IMG/VR virus record: IMGVR_UViG_3300014204_000001
Coordinates: 74,011 to 138,010 of that record
DNA: 64,000 nt
DNA from: a virus
Lineage: Duplodnaviria > Heunggongvirae > Uroviricota > Caudoviricetes
Strand: one strand, 5' to 3'
The position numbers and the translations under genes were made by a program. Shown here one piece after another: positions 8,010 to 15,114 of this stretch; position 1 is the stretch's first letter; every line of letters starts with the position of its first letter. A model generated the notes under the pieces. It was not told the origin of the DNA. It ran no database searches and saw only the letters and a program-made list of their open reading frames with translations.

Positions 8010-8333
8010 TCAAGAGTAATCGGAGCAGCGGACACGGTTGCGCAAGTACGCATCGCGGTCGAGCCAGTAACCTGGGCCGTAACAGCACTTCCCATCTTTG
8101 GCGTGGGCGCTGTAGCCATAGTTGCAGTAGGTACACCGCGTGAGTAATAGACAGTCAGCGCCGATCTCGACGTCGGTTCCGTTGAGCTGGCGCGCTACAC
8201 AGGTACCACAGCCGACGCTCACGATGGTCACGAAGCGGCGCTGATAGATCGCGTTGAAATACGCTGCCTGGTCTTCCGGCAAGAGGGTCTCAGGAACAGG
8301 ATGGGTCAGGTGCACGGCGTTAATGACGGTCAT
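8010..8333 (-). CDS. array family member B1 (variant tail with 20-aa extension)
   Basis: C-term CTYCNYGYSAHAKDGKCCYGPGYWLDRDAY...; start MTVINAV overlapping B2 tail. Confidence 0.55.
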   Translation of the reverse strand: MTVINAVHLTHPVPETLLPEDQAAYFNAIYQRRFVTIVSVGCGTCVARQLNGTDVEIGADCLLLTRCTYCNYGYSAHAKDGKCCYGPGYWLDRDAYLRNRVRCSDYS

Positions 8334-8587
8334 AGTCCCCGGGCCCGTATAGGCACTTCCCGCCGGCGGCGCGTACGTCTCTCGGCTGACCGCAGTTGGC
8401 ACGGCGCAGGACGGGGTGATCCTCGAGAATGTGTAAACGCGCACGAGGAGGCTTCATGCCAGTGACGGCGGCTCGCGCACTCTGGCCCGCCCAGCTCACA
8501 CACAATATCGCCCACCTGTATTTGCTGCGCCTCGTACTCGGCTTGTTCGTACACCTTACCCAAAAGGCTCCCAGCTCGTAGGCTCAT
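8320..8587 (-). pseudogene. array family member B2, frame-disrupted
   Basis: N-half MSLRAGSLLGKVYEQAEYEAQQIQVGDIVCELGG in frame of track ORF 8330-8647; C-half ...ANCGQPRDVRAAGGKCLYGPGDYDRH* in frame of 8320-8505. Confidence 0.45.
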
Positions 8588-8808
8588 ACGGCGTGAGCGC
8601 CGCTTCCCCGCCTGCAGTGCTTGCAGAGGAGAAGCGTCAGCGTCCACCTGGGCGCTTCGTACAGGTTGCCATCGAACATCTTTACGACGTAATGGCCCGG
8701 CTTCGTCGCGGGTTCATCGGCGAGGGTCACCTGGTCGCGCCCTTGAGGCAGGCCCAGCATGGTGCACAGGTCCCCGGGCACGTAATCGGAGTAGTAGATA
8801 TCGGTCAT
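8584..8808 (-). CDS. array family member B3, truncated (lacks GKCLYGP tail)
   Basis: ends ...LLLCKHCRRGSGAHAV*; start MTDIYYSDYVPGDL by ATGA overlap. Confidence 0.45.
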   Translation of the reverse strand: MTDIYYSDYVPGDLCTMLGLPQGRDQVTLADEPATKPGHYVVKMFDGNLYEAPRWTLTLLLCKHCRRGSGAHAV

Positions 8809-9014
8809 TGCTTCTCTGCCTTCATTGCCAGACACTTCTGTCGCATTCCCTCGCAGCAGAAGCCACCGGCGAGCACCATACGGCCACAAAACTCACAAGG
8901 CTTGAGCGTAGCTTCGATCTCTTTACAAAGCTCCCAGAACTCCCGACGTCGTGCTGCGCCAATCTTGCATTCACGAGTATGTCCGCGTTCGCGCTTACAC
9001 TCGGTACAGTTCAT
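8805..9014 (-). CDS. zinc-ribbon protein (~69 aa), not an array family member
   Basis: MNCTECKRERGHTRECK...CEFCGRMVLAGGFCCEGMRQKC; ATGA overlaps on both sides. Confidence 0.5.
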   Translation of the reverse strand: MNCTECKRERGHTRECKIGAARRREFWELCKEIEATLKPCEFCGRMVLAGGFCCEGMRQKCLAMKAEKQ

Positions 9015-9286
9015 TCGGCTTGTCCCTGCCAGTTTCCTGGGCCATAAAGGCACTTCCCGTCTTGGGCATGGGCGCTGTAGCCGTAGCCACAACGCCTACA
9101 GAGTATTACCCACACGTCGCACTTGGGGACCTCCCAAACCTTGGTTCCTTCTCCGCAAGGCCACTCTATAAAACAGTAATAGAGGGACACCTCAACTACC
9201 TCTCCCAGCCCATCGCGAAATGTGGAGGCCACAATATCTCCGACAACCACATCTGGCGGCGGGAGCATCAGTAGCGTATGCGGCAT
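9011..9286 (-). CDS. array family member B5 (first gene of operon 2)
   Basis: C-term CRRCGYGYSAHAQDGKCLYGPGNWQGQAE; ATG with CAGGAGG RBS just downstream of terminator. Confidence 0.7.
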   Translation of the reverse strand: MPHTLLMLPPPDVVVGDIVASTFRDGLGEVVEVSLYYCFIEWPCGEGTKVWEVPKCDVWVILCRRCGYGYSAHAQDGKCLYGPGNWQGQAE

Positions 9287-9321
9287 TGCACCTCCTGTCT
9301 AACATATACCCCTCTCATACC

Positions 9322-9352
9322 AAAAAGAAACGCCCATTGAGTGGGCGTTTCC
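9322..9352 (-). terminator. rho-independent terminator (minus strand)
   Basis: A-run 9322-9326 then hairpin gaaacgccca...tgggcgtttc. Confidence 0.6.
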
Positions 9353-9360
9353 TTGACTAC

Positions 9361-9594
9361 TCATTCGACCTCCCACTCACCAGGGCCGTAGAGGCACTTC
9401 CCACCGCTGGTGTGTGCGTGAAACCGCTGGCGACAATTCTTGCAGCTAAGGATTTTCATAGCCCCATGGGGCACCGTGACGCAGACGCCGTCGGTTCTGC
9501 GCATAACGCACCTGCCAGACACGTCAAGGCCTAGGAAGATGCCCTTGATAGGGGGATAGCTGCCGATCTGCACGTGATCGAAGACTTCTAGCAT
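9361..9594 (-). CDS. array family member B6
   Basis: C-term CKNCRQRFHAHTSGGKCLYGPGEWEVE; start MLEVFDHV (alternative embedded start at 9627). Confidence 0.6.
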   Translation of the reverse strand: MLEVFDHVQIGSYPPIKGIFLGLDVSGRCVMRRTDGVCVTVPHGAMKILSCKNCRQRFHAHTSGGKCLYGPGEWEVE

Positions 9595-9875
9595 GGTGCC
9601 TCCCATTCTCCAGGACCATAGATACACTTGTGGCCCTCAGCGTGGGCGCTCAGCGAGTAACCGCAGTTGAGGCAATAGATCGTGGTCAGGGTCCAGCTTG
9701 GAACGGTGTTGCGTTGTCCATCAACGCGCCGCACAACACAAGTAGAGCCGTAGCACTCTTCGACCACGGCACGGTACCTGCCCTGAAGATAGTCTCGAAC
9801 TGTCACCATATCGCCAGGTACTTGCGGGGAGAAGAGGGGCCCACCCCAATCGCCGATATCAAGGTCTTCGGACAT
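9588..9875 (-). CDS. array family member B7
   Basis: C-term CLNCGYSLSAHAEGHKCIYGPGEWEAPC; start MSEDLDIGDWGG. Confidence 0.6.
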   Translation of the reverse strand: MSEDLDIGDWGGPLFSPQVPGDMVTVRDYLQGRYRAVVEECYGSTCVVRRVDGQRNTVPSWTLTTIYCLNCGYSLSAHAEGHKCIYGPGEWEAPC

Positions 9876-10131
9876 CGTAGTATCCCCAGTTCCCTGGACC
9901 GTAGAGGCACTTCCCGTTAACAGCGTGTACCGAGCGTGCGTAGCCGCAGTTTGGACAAACAACCACGTCGTGATAGGGGCGCGAGTGCGTTCGATAGTGT
10001 CCTTCGGATGTCCACACGATGTACGAGTCAGGACGTATCTCGGTGACTACGCCTAATTGAGCATCGTAGGTGGCCACGACATCGCCGACAACAGGCTCTA
10101 TGTCGTCGCGGATGTGCATTAGCACGCCCAT
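9859..10131 (-). CDS. array family member B8
   Basis: C-term CPNCGYARSVHAVNGKCLYGPGNWGYYDVRRP; start MGVLMHIRDD or MHIRDD (TAATG overlap). Confidence 0.6.
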   Translation of the reverse strand: MGVLMHIRDDIEPVVGDVVATYDAQLGVVTEIRPDSYIVWTSEGHYRTHSRPYHDVVVCPNCGYARSVHAVNGKCLYGPGNWGYYDVRRP

Positions 10132-10382
10132 TGCGCCTCCCAGTTTCCAGGACCGTAGAGGCACTTACCCTCTGTGGTATGCACGGTGCGCACGTAACCG
10201 CAGTTTTGACAGATGACTACGGTAAGGTAGGGGCGATTGTAGTTGTGGTAACTTCCGTCAAAGGTCTCCACAACGTACTCGTAGTAGTGCTGCTCATAAT
10301 TGGGTTGTTTCTCGATGATTCTGCCTCGTCGGTGATCAAAGGTGTATACGACATCCCCAACAACAGGATCTAGCAGGTTCAC
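10119..10382 (-). CDS. array family member B9
   Basis: C-term CQNCGYVRTVHTTEGKCLYGPGNWEAQWAC; GTG start 1-nt overlap with B10 stop. Confidence 0.6.
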   Translation of the reverse strand: MNLLDPVVGDVVYTFDHRRGRIIEKQPNYEQHYYEYVVETFDGSYHNYNRPYLTVVICQNCGYVRTVHTTEGKCLYGPGNWEAQWAC

Positions 10383-10600
10383 TACTCCTCCCAATTCCCC
10401 GGACCATAGAGACACTTCCCCTCAGCGGTGTGCGCCGTGTATCCGTAGCCGCACTGAGTGCAGCAAACGATGCGCAGCTCGTGAGGCCGGAAAGAGCCAA
10501 TATAATTGGCGCTCATGTTTACGCGTACATAACCAGAGGTGGTGTAATCGATCACCGTCACATGCCGGCGAGGATCATGGTCTACACCTTGCATTATCAC
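10382..10600 (-). CDS. array family member B10
   Basis: C-term CTQCGYGYTAHTAEGKCLYGPGNWEE; GTGA overlap start. Confidence 0.6.
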   Translation of the reverse strand: MIMQGVDHDPRRHVTVIDYTTSGYVRVNMSANYIGSFRPHELRIVCCTQCGYGYTAHTAEGKCLYGPGNWEE

Positions 10601-10854
10601 ACAGCCTCCCAGTTTCCAGGTCCATAGAGGCACTTCAGATCCTTAGTGTGCGCGCTGCGTCCGTAGCCGCAATGCTTACAGAGGATAAGGGAGTGCACGC
10701 TCAAGTGCGGCAAGATACTCTGACGATCTTCGTAGGCCACCTGGTAGTAGGTCATGAGATCAGAGTCCGCTGCCTCTACTGCGGTGACGATTCCCAGGTG
10801 CCGGCCGCTTATGCAATCGAAGCAGATGAGATCTCCGACGTAGATATCGATCAC
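10597..10854 (-). CDS. array family member B11
   Basis: C-term CKHCGYGRSAHTKDLKCLYGPGNWEAV; GTGA overlap start VIDIYVGDLICFD. Confidence 0.6.
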   Translation of the reverse strand: MIDIYVGDLICFDCISGRHLGIVTAVEAADSDLMTYYQVAYEDRQSILPHLSVHSLILCKHCGYGRSAHTKDLKCLYGPGNWEAV

Positions 10855-11099
10855 GGAGTTTCCCAGTTTCCAGGTCCATAGAGGCACTTCCCTTCTTCGG
10901 TGTGCGCACTGCGGCCGTAGCCACACTGTTTACAGGGGACTACGGAGCGCACGCTCCAACGGGATATGAAGACCTGGAGACCTTTGTGCGCCACCCGAAA
11001 GTAGTTAATATAATCGGATGACACCTCAGTGATGACCCCCGTGTGCTGGAGACCCTGGTGATCGAAATGGACGAGATCTCCAACGCAGACGCGGGTCAC
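10851..11099 (-). CDS. array family member B12
   Basis: C-term CKQCGYGRSAHTEEGKCLYGPGNWETP; GTGA overlap start VTRVCVGDLV. Confidence 0.6.
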   Translation of the reverse strand: MTRVCVGDLVHFDHQGLQHTGVITEVSSDYINYFRVAHKGLQVFISRWSVRSVVPCKQCGYGRSAHTEEGKCLYGPGNWETP

Positions 11100-11362
11100 G
11101 TGACCTCCCAGTTTCCAGGTCCATAGAGGCACTTCCCTTCCTCGGTGTGCGCAGCAAGCATGTGGTCACAGTTGGCACAGCGCACAACCAGCAGCGATTC
11201 TACAGGTACGTCATTTTCATCGCCGCTAGGCCACCGCACCCGATAAGGCGTAAAGGTTGGGGACAACACTGCGCCATCGTAGTCCCGAAACTGTGAGCGC
11301 GATACTACCTTGCCTACAGGTCCGCCGGGAAAAAGGCGCACTAATGTTCCGGGCTCTATCAC
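11096..11362 (-). CDS. array family member B13
   Basis: C-term CANCDHMLAAHTEEGKCLYGPGNWEVT; GTGA overlap start VIEPGTLVRL. Confidence 0.6.
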   Translation of the reverse strand: MIEPGTLVRLFPGGPVGKVVSRSQFRDYDGAVLSPTFTPYRVRWPSGDENDVPVESLLVVRCANCDHMLAAHTEEGKCLYGPGNWEVT

Positions 11363-11616
11363 GACACCCCCCAGTTTCCAGGGCCATAGAGGCACTTGCC
11401 CTCTTCGGTGTGCGCGGACTTGCCTTGCTTGCAGTTGACGCAGCGGCGCATATAGAGACTCGAGGACATGAACGTGTAAATGACGCCGCTCTGGCTGCGC
11501 ACGTGATACAGACCGTCTGGGTCACGCCAGATCACGTGGAACGTCTCAGTGGAAATGCGTTCCGCGCCGTTCGCAACTAGATACGGCGACACCAAATCGC
11601 CAGGGAATAGCGTCAC
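11359..11616 (-). CDS. array family member B14
   Basis: C-term CVNCKQGKSAHTEEGKCLYGPGNWGVS; GTGA overlap start VTLFPGDLV. Confidence 0.6.
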   Translation of the reverse strand: MTLFPGDLVSPYLVANGAERISTETFHVIWRDPDGLYHVRSQSGVIYTFMSSSLYMRRCVNCKQGKSAHTEEGKCLYGPGNWGVS

Positions 11617-11876
11617 GAGACCTCCCAGTTTCCTGGGCCATAAAGGCACTTCCCTTCTTCGGTGTGCGCCTGGATATCGTAGCCACAGTAAGTACACAGC
11701 ACAGGTTTCAAACAACTCGCGGGGCAATCATCCTCCTGCCCATCAGGCCACCGCACACGGCATACGGTGTACGCAGTCGTGCGGTGAAATTGGACGCTGT
11801 CACGTACCGTTAGGCTGCCTATGACTAGGCCTATCCGTTTCTCTGCTCCAAGACGCACCAGTGTTCCCTTCTCCAT
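11613..11876 (-). CDS. array family member B15
   Basis: C-term CTYCGYDIQAHTEEGKCLYGPGNWEVS; start MEKGTLVRLG by TGATG overlap. Confidence 0.6.
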   Translation of the reverse strand: MEKGTLVRLGAEKRIGLVIGSLTVRDSVQFHRTTAYTVCRVRWPDGQEDDCPASCLKPVLCTYCGYDIQAHTEEGKCLYGPGNWEVS

Positions 11877-12121
11877 CAGGGCGTCTCCCAGTTTCCAGGA
11901 CCGTAGAGGCACTTCCCTTCTTCGGTGTGAGCGCTGCGGCCATGGTGACAGTTTCGGCAACAACCACGTCGAGTGGATCGTTTCGACGCCGTTGGGCATG
12001 CGCACGCGACTCACGGAAAAGTAGTTTGCGGCTACTGGGACTTCAGGGTGGTTGTCGATAACAGTAGCGGCTACGAGGTCGCCTACTTCGACACCTGCAT
12101 TTGCAGCATGAACGTGTCCAT
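11876..12121 (-). pseudogene. array family member B16, frame-disrupted, first array gene of operon 1
   Basis: ATG overlaps stop of 643-aa gene (TGATG), but in-frame product is only MDTFMLQMQVSK*; N-domain ...GVEVGDLVAATVIDNHPEV... and tail ...CCRNCHHGRSAHTEEGKCLYGPGNWETP* lie in two other frames (manual translation). Confidence 0.4.
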
Positions 12122-14052
12122 CAAGGACTTACTCCTTCCTGCAGCCAGCGCCGGCGCCGAGAGACGCTGCGGCGCAAACAAAGAGGCGACTCCGCGTACT
12201 TCGCGTAGCCGTGCTGCAAGGCGTAAGACTTCCCCAGGTCCTCGAGGTGACGCAGCACCCCCTGCTCGGTGCGGCCCGGTAGCTTCTCGAGGAGCTGTGT
12301 CCACTCGTCACGCGCCAGGCGGTGTGCACCGGCTGGACGAGCGAAGAGAAACGCGGTAATGGCGGTATCTTCGTACTGCGTGAAGCGGCCAATATGTGAC
12401 TGCTTGCCCTCCTTGTACCGCAAAAGGCGGGCGCCGTAGTGTTGCTCGAAGTGCAGCTTTTGGAAGCGCTTTCTGTCGAGGGCGCTCACCTCGCGCAGCG
12501 CCCACTCCAGGAAGTGAGGGGCCCAAGGAAACGACGCCTCGCCGCCTTCTACGGCATTCACCAGCTTGTTGATTCCCTGAGCCGTCCAGAACACCGTTTC
12601 GCCAAGGCGTACAGCCAGGCCCTTGCGGCGCTGGGGATGGGCAGCAGGGCCAGTGACCGGGAACGGCGTGGAAACGTAGTTCTGGTTCTTGCGCTGGATC
12701 AAGGTGATGAGGAATTCTTGCCCGCCCGCGTCCACGTATTTCAGCTGCACTGCCTTCTTCTTGGCGTTGGGCGCCGCCTTTCTTGAGGGAAGCCTCTTCA
12801 AGGCAAAGGCGAGACTGCGAGCGCTCTTCTTCGCGTGCTGGATCTTGTTGGCGACAGCGAAGGTGGAGAGGAGCTCGTAGGGAATATCCAGCGTTTCCCG
12901 CCACTCCCAGCCCTGCGCCTCCACGAGCTCTTTGAGGGAGCTGGGGCGCCGTCCCAGATACTGGTTCTCAGTGAGCCTGGCGAACGCCTCGCGCACCTGA
13001 GATCCCAGCAGCCACCAGTCGCTGTGGCCAGGGTCGTCGAAGGGAGTGAAGATAGAGCTTTGCCGGCCATCGCGGCGGCGTAGCAGCATCACCCGGCCGA
13101 AATCGACAAGCAATGCCTCGCCAAGCCCTGTGGTCTCCACACGTGCCACGCCCTCTTCAGGAAGTACACAGGAGAGCAGGTAGCGCAGTTCGCAGAGCGC
13201 GGGACTGCGCTGGTTCTCGGGCCATAGGCGCCGAAACTGCGGCGTGTAGACGATCCGGCGAGACTCCGTTCCGTTGATACGGTTAGGCCACAGCAGGGAG
13301 GTGTAGCGCCGCACCCAGCGGTTATGCTCACAGAGGGCGCAGGGCACGCCCTTGACGTGCTTGGAGGGGCAGAGACCCAGCTTGAGCTGCTGGTGCTTAG
13401 CTGCAACGGGGCCAAGGCTGCGCTGCATGGTGCGGTCTAGATCTCGCCTGAACCCCTTGTTAGCGAGCAGCGAGAGCAGGTGGGCATCGAAGCGCTGCTC
13501 GTCGAGCTCATCTTCTTGGCCAAAGTAGAAGGGCCGGTCCAGGGAGTCAGGGAGCGCCGCCGTCCAGTTCTCGTCGAAACGCTTGAGTAGCAGGGCGAAG
13601 GCATAGTCGTACTCAGCTACCAGGTCATCCCTGAGCACCTGGAGGAGCTGACGCGCAAGAAGGCGCACAGGGGAGGACTGCCACGTCGTCAACGCCGTTC
13701 GCAGGAACATGGGCCACTGGACCAGCAGCAGCACGTCCACGTCGTTCCAGTGAGGAGGCTCCTGCTGCTGCGAGATAGCAGCGTGGTGCCGGCGCTGAGC
13801 CCACAACGTTCCGCCGAACCAGGTGCTGTCCTCGACCCGTCGCTCCCGTGGCACAAGGTAGTAGGCGAGGCCGTGCTGCCCCAACGTCTCCTTCGTTCCG
13901 TCGTGAACAGGGAAGGGCGCGTTGGGGGCACGGGCCCGTTGTCCGAGGCGAGCGGCGATGTCTTTGAGCATAGCGTTCAAAACACTTTGCTGGGGCACAG
14001 TGTGCCAGTTAAGACGCAACAGCCTGACTTCACTCGCGTTTAGCCCTATCAC
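12121..14052 (-). CDS. hypothetical 643-aa protein, leading gene of array operon 1
   Basis: long uninterrupted ORF; stop overlaps array start; N-terminal 27 codons lie inside inverted-repeat element. Confidence 0.6.
   Translation of the reverse strand: MIGLNASEVRLLRLNWHTVPQQSVLNAMLKDIAARLGQRARAPNAPFPVHDGTKETLGQHGLAYYLVPRERRVEDSTWFGGTLWAQRRHHAAISQQQEPPHWNDVDVLLLVQWPMFLRTALTTWQSSPVRLLARQLLQVLRDDLVAEYDYAFALLLKRFDENWTAALPDSLDRPFYFGQEDELDEQRFDAHLLSLLANKGFRRDLDRTMQRSLGPVAAKHQQLKLGLCPSKHVKGVPCALCEHNRWVRRYTSLLWPNRINGTESRRIVYTPQFRRLWPENQRSPALCELRYLLSCVLPEEGVARVETTGLGEALLVDFGRVMLLRRRDGRQSSIFTPFDDPGHSDWWLLGSQVREAFARLTENQYLGRRPSSLKELVEAQGWEWRETLDIPYELLSTFAVANKIQHAKKSARSLAFALKRLPSRKAAPNAKKKAVQLKYVDAGGQEFLITLIQRKNQNYVSTPFPVTGPAAHPQRRKGLAVRLGETVFWTAQGINKLVNAVEGGEASFPWAPHFLEWALREVSALDRKRFQKLHFEQHYGARLLRYKEGKQSHIGRFTQYEDTAITAFLFARPAGAHRLARDEWTQLLEKLPGRTEQGVLRHLEDLGKSYALQHGYAKYAESPLCLRRSVSRRRRWLQEGVSP
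13971..13990. repeat. outer inverted repeat, left arm (20 bp perfect: tagcgttcaaaacactttgc)
   Basis: exact reverse complement at 14636-14655. Confidence 0.8.
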
Positions 14053-14083
14053 AGAGGGGCCAAAAAGGGAATAGGCACCAGGG

Positions 14084-14169
14084 CGAAACTACGAAAATAC
14101 CCACGACGAAGTCGTCGTTGCCTCGAAGACTGCGCTTAATCAAACTATACCCCGCTACCTAGTCCCCCC
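14084..14169. repeat. inner imperfect inverted repeat, left arm (~86 bp)
   Basis: about 85% reverse-complement match to 14457-14542. Confidence 0.75.
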
Positions 14170-14456
14170 TGCTCAAGGGTGCGTATACACAAGGGGATTT
14201 TCTGCATAGACCTCAGATACCCCCTGGTCCGTCTGGAGCCTTGTTCCGCGTGCGTGCGCGAGCATGAAGAGTCCCCTTGAGGGTTAGGTGTAACTACAGG
14301 AATAGTAGTGGGCTATTTTGGAGCAGCATGTGCACCATTTTGGACCACCCCCTCCTACGGGAGCGCCCCTCATGCGCGCGTAACAGTGTGCCCGGTGGGG
14401 TATGGGGTATCTAAGGTGTAGTAGTAGTTAGTTGAATAAAAGTAGATAGATAGATA

Positions 14457-14542
14457 GGGGGGACTAGGTAGAGGCGGATAGTTTGGTTAAGCGCAATCTC
14501 CGAGGCGGTGATTGCTTCGTCGTAGGTATTTTCGTAGTTTCG
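14457..14542. repeat. inner imperfect inverted repeat, right arm; preceded by (TAGA)4 microsatellite 14440-14456
   Basis: ggggggactaggtag...ttttcgtagtttcg mirrors 14084-14169. Confidence 0.75.
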
Positions 14543-14635
14543 CATTTGTGCCTACTCGTAGTTTGAGGGTCAACGAAACGGCGAAACAGGGAGTCTTTGC
14601 AACTCTTTACGGCGTAGACGTCACTCACTGGGGGA

Positions 14636-14655
14636 GCAAAGTGTTTTGAACGCTA
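14636..14655. repeat. outer inverted repeat, right arm
   Basis: gcaaagtgttttgaacgcta = reverse complement of 13971-13990. Confidence 0.8.
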
Positions 14656-14866
14656 GCTTCTAAGAGAGTCGGCGAAACGGTGAAGCAGAGCGCTCTGCTC
14701 AAGGCTATTCCGTAGCAATGCCTCGCCAAGGCCGCCATTTGCCCTACAGTGCGTTTTCCCACCCATCCCTAACACTCGTCCGGGTCCGGGCCCGCCGAGG
14801 GTCCAGGGGGCAAATGCGGCGGTCAGTCCCGGCCATGTAGGGAAACATAAGTAAGACACCTACACC

Positions 14867-14875
14867 GGGTATAAG
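14867..14875 (+). promoter_or_regulatory. GGGTATAAG promoter-like motif (instance 1)
   Basis: 36 nt upstream of ATG 14911; same nonamer recurs at 7 other plus-strand gene starts. Confidence 0.5.
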
Positions 14876-14910
14876 AAAATAGTGGAGTCTTCTTTTCAAG
14901 GAGAAAACTC

Positions 14911-15114
14911 ATGGACGTCTTCATGTGGTGCGGCGGCGAACGGTTGATGGCACTGGCGTTGAACGGCGATGCGCTAAGCACGCTTCCCCGCGAAGGAGAG
15001 ACGTTGTTTCTCTCGGAGAGTCACGCCTGGTACACGGTGGTGTCTGTGGAACGGACGATGACCAGTTACGCGGGCGTGACCCAGATAAGCATTCACCTGA
15101 AGGCGAAACAGTGA
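14911..15114 (+). CDS. hypothetical protein (67 aa)
   Basis: AAGGAG RBS 7 nt upstream; stop overlaps GTG of next gene. Confidence 0.55.
   Translation: MDVFMWCGGERLMALALNGDALSTLPREGETLFLSESHAWYTVVSVERTMTSYAGVTQISIHLKAKQ

Noticed and set aside
2865-10881. Plus-strand ORFs overlapping the array (2865-3392, 3586-4098, 8593-9171, 10342-10881)
   Set aside because: They are antisense to densely packed, motif-bearing minus-strand genes, have no RBS and show GC-rich run-on composition.
736-12121. Regularly spaced ~35-bp conserved repeat every 250-300 bp, superficially CRISPR-like
   Set aside because: The repeats are coding (the shared C-terminus) and the units between them are full ORFs, not 30-40-bp spacers. 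No cas genes are present.
736-12121. 'MPLWxWKLGG' N-terminal prefix on many array ORFs in the track
   Set aside because: It is the +2-frame reading of the upstream gene's conserved GKCLYGPGNWE block. Canonical stop-overlapping starts exist just downstream in most copies, so the prefix is probably an ORF-caller artefact.
12129-13415. Alternative-frame ORFs inside the 643-aa gene (12308-12904, 12129-12392, 13089-13415, 12835-13083)
   Set aside because: They are nested in a long uninterrupted ORF. High GC gives spurious open frames.
14653-14859. 68-aa minus-strand ORF
   Set aside because: It starts inside the right outer IR arm, has no RBS and is Gly/Pro-rich. It is probably non-coding.
14060-14900. 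Possible tRNA or small RNA gene in the strand-switch region
   Set aside because: No GTTCGAATC-type T-loop or cloverleaf was found. The structure is better explained by the nested inverted repeats.
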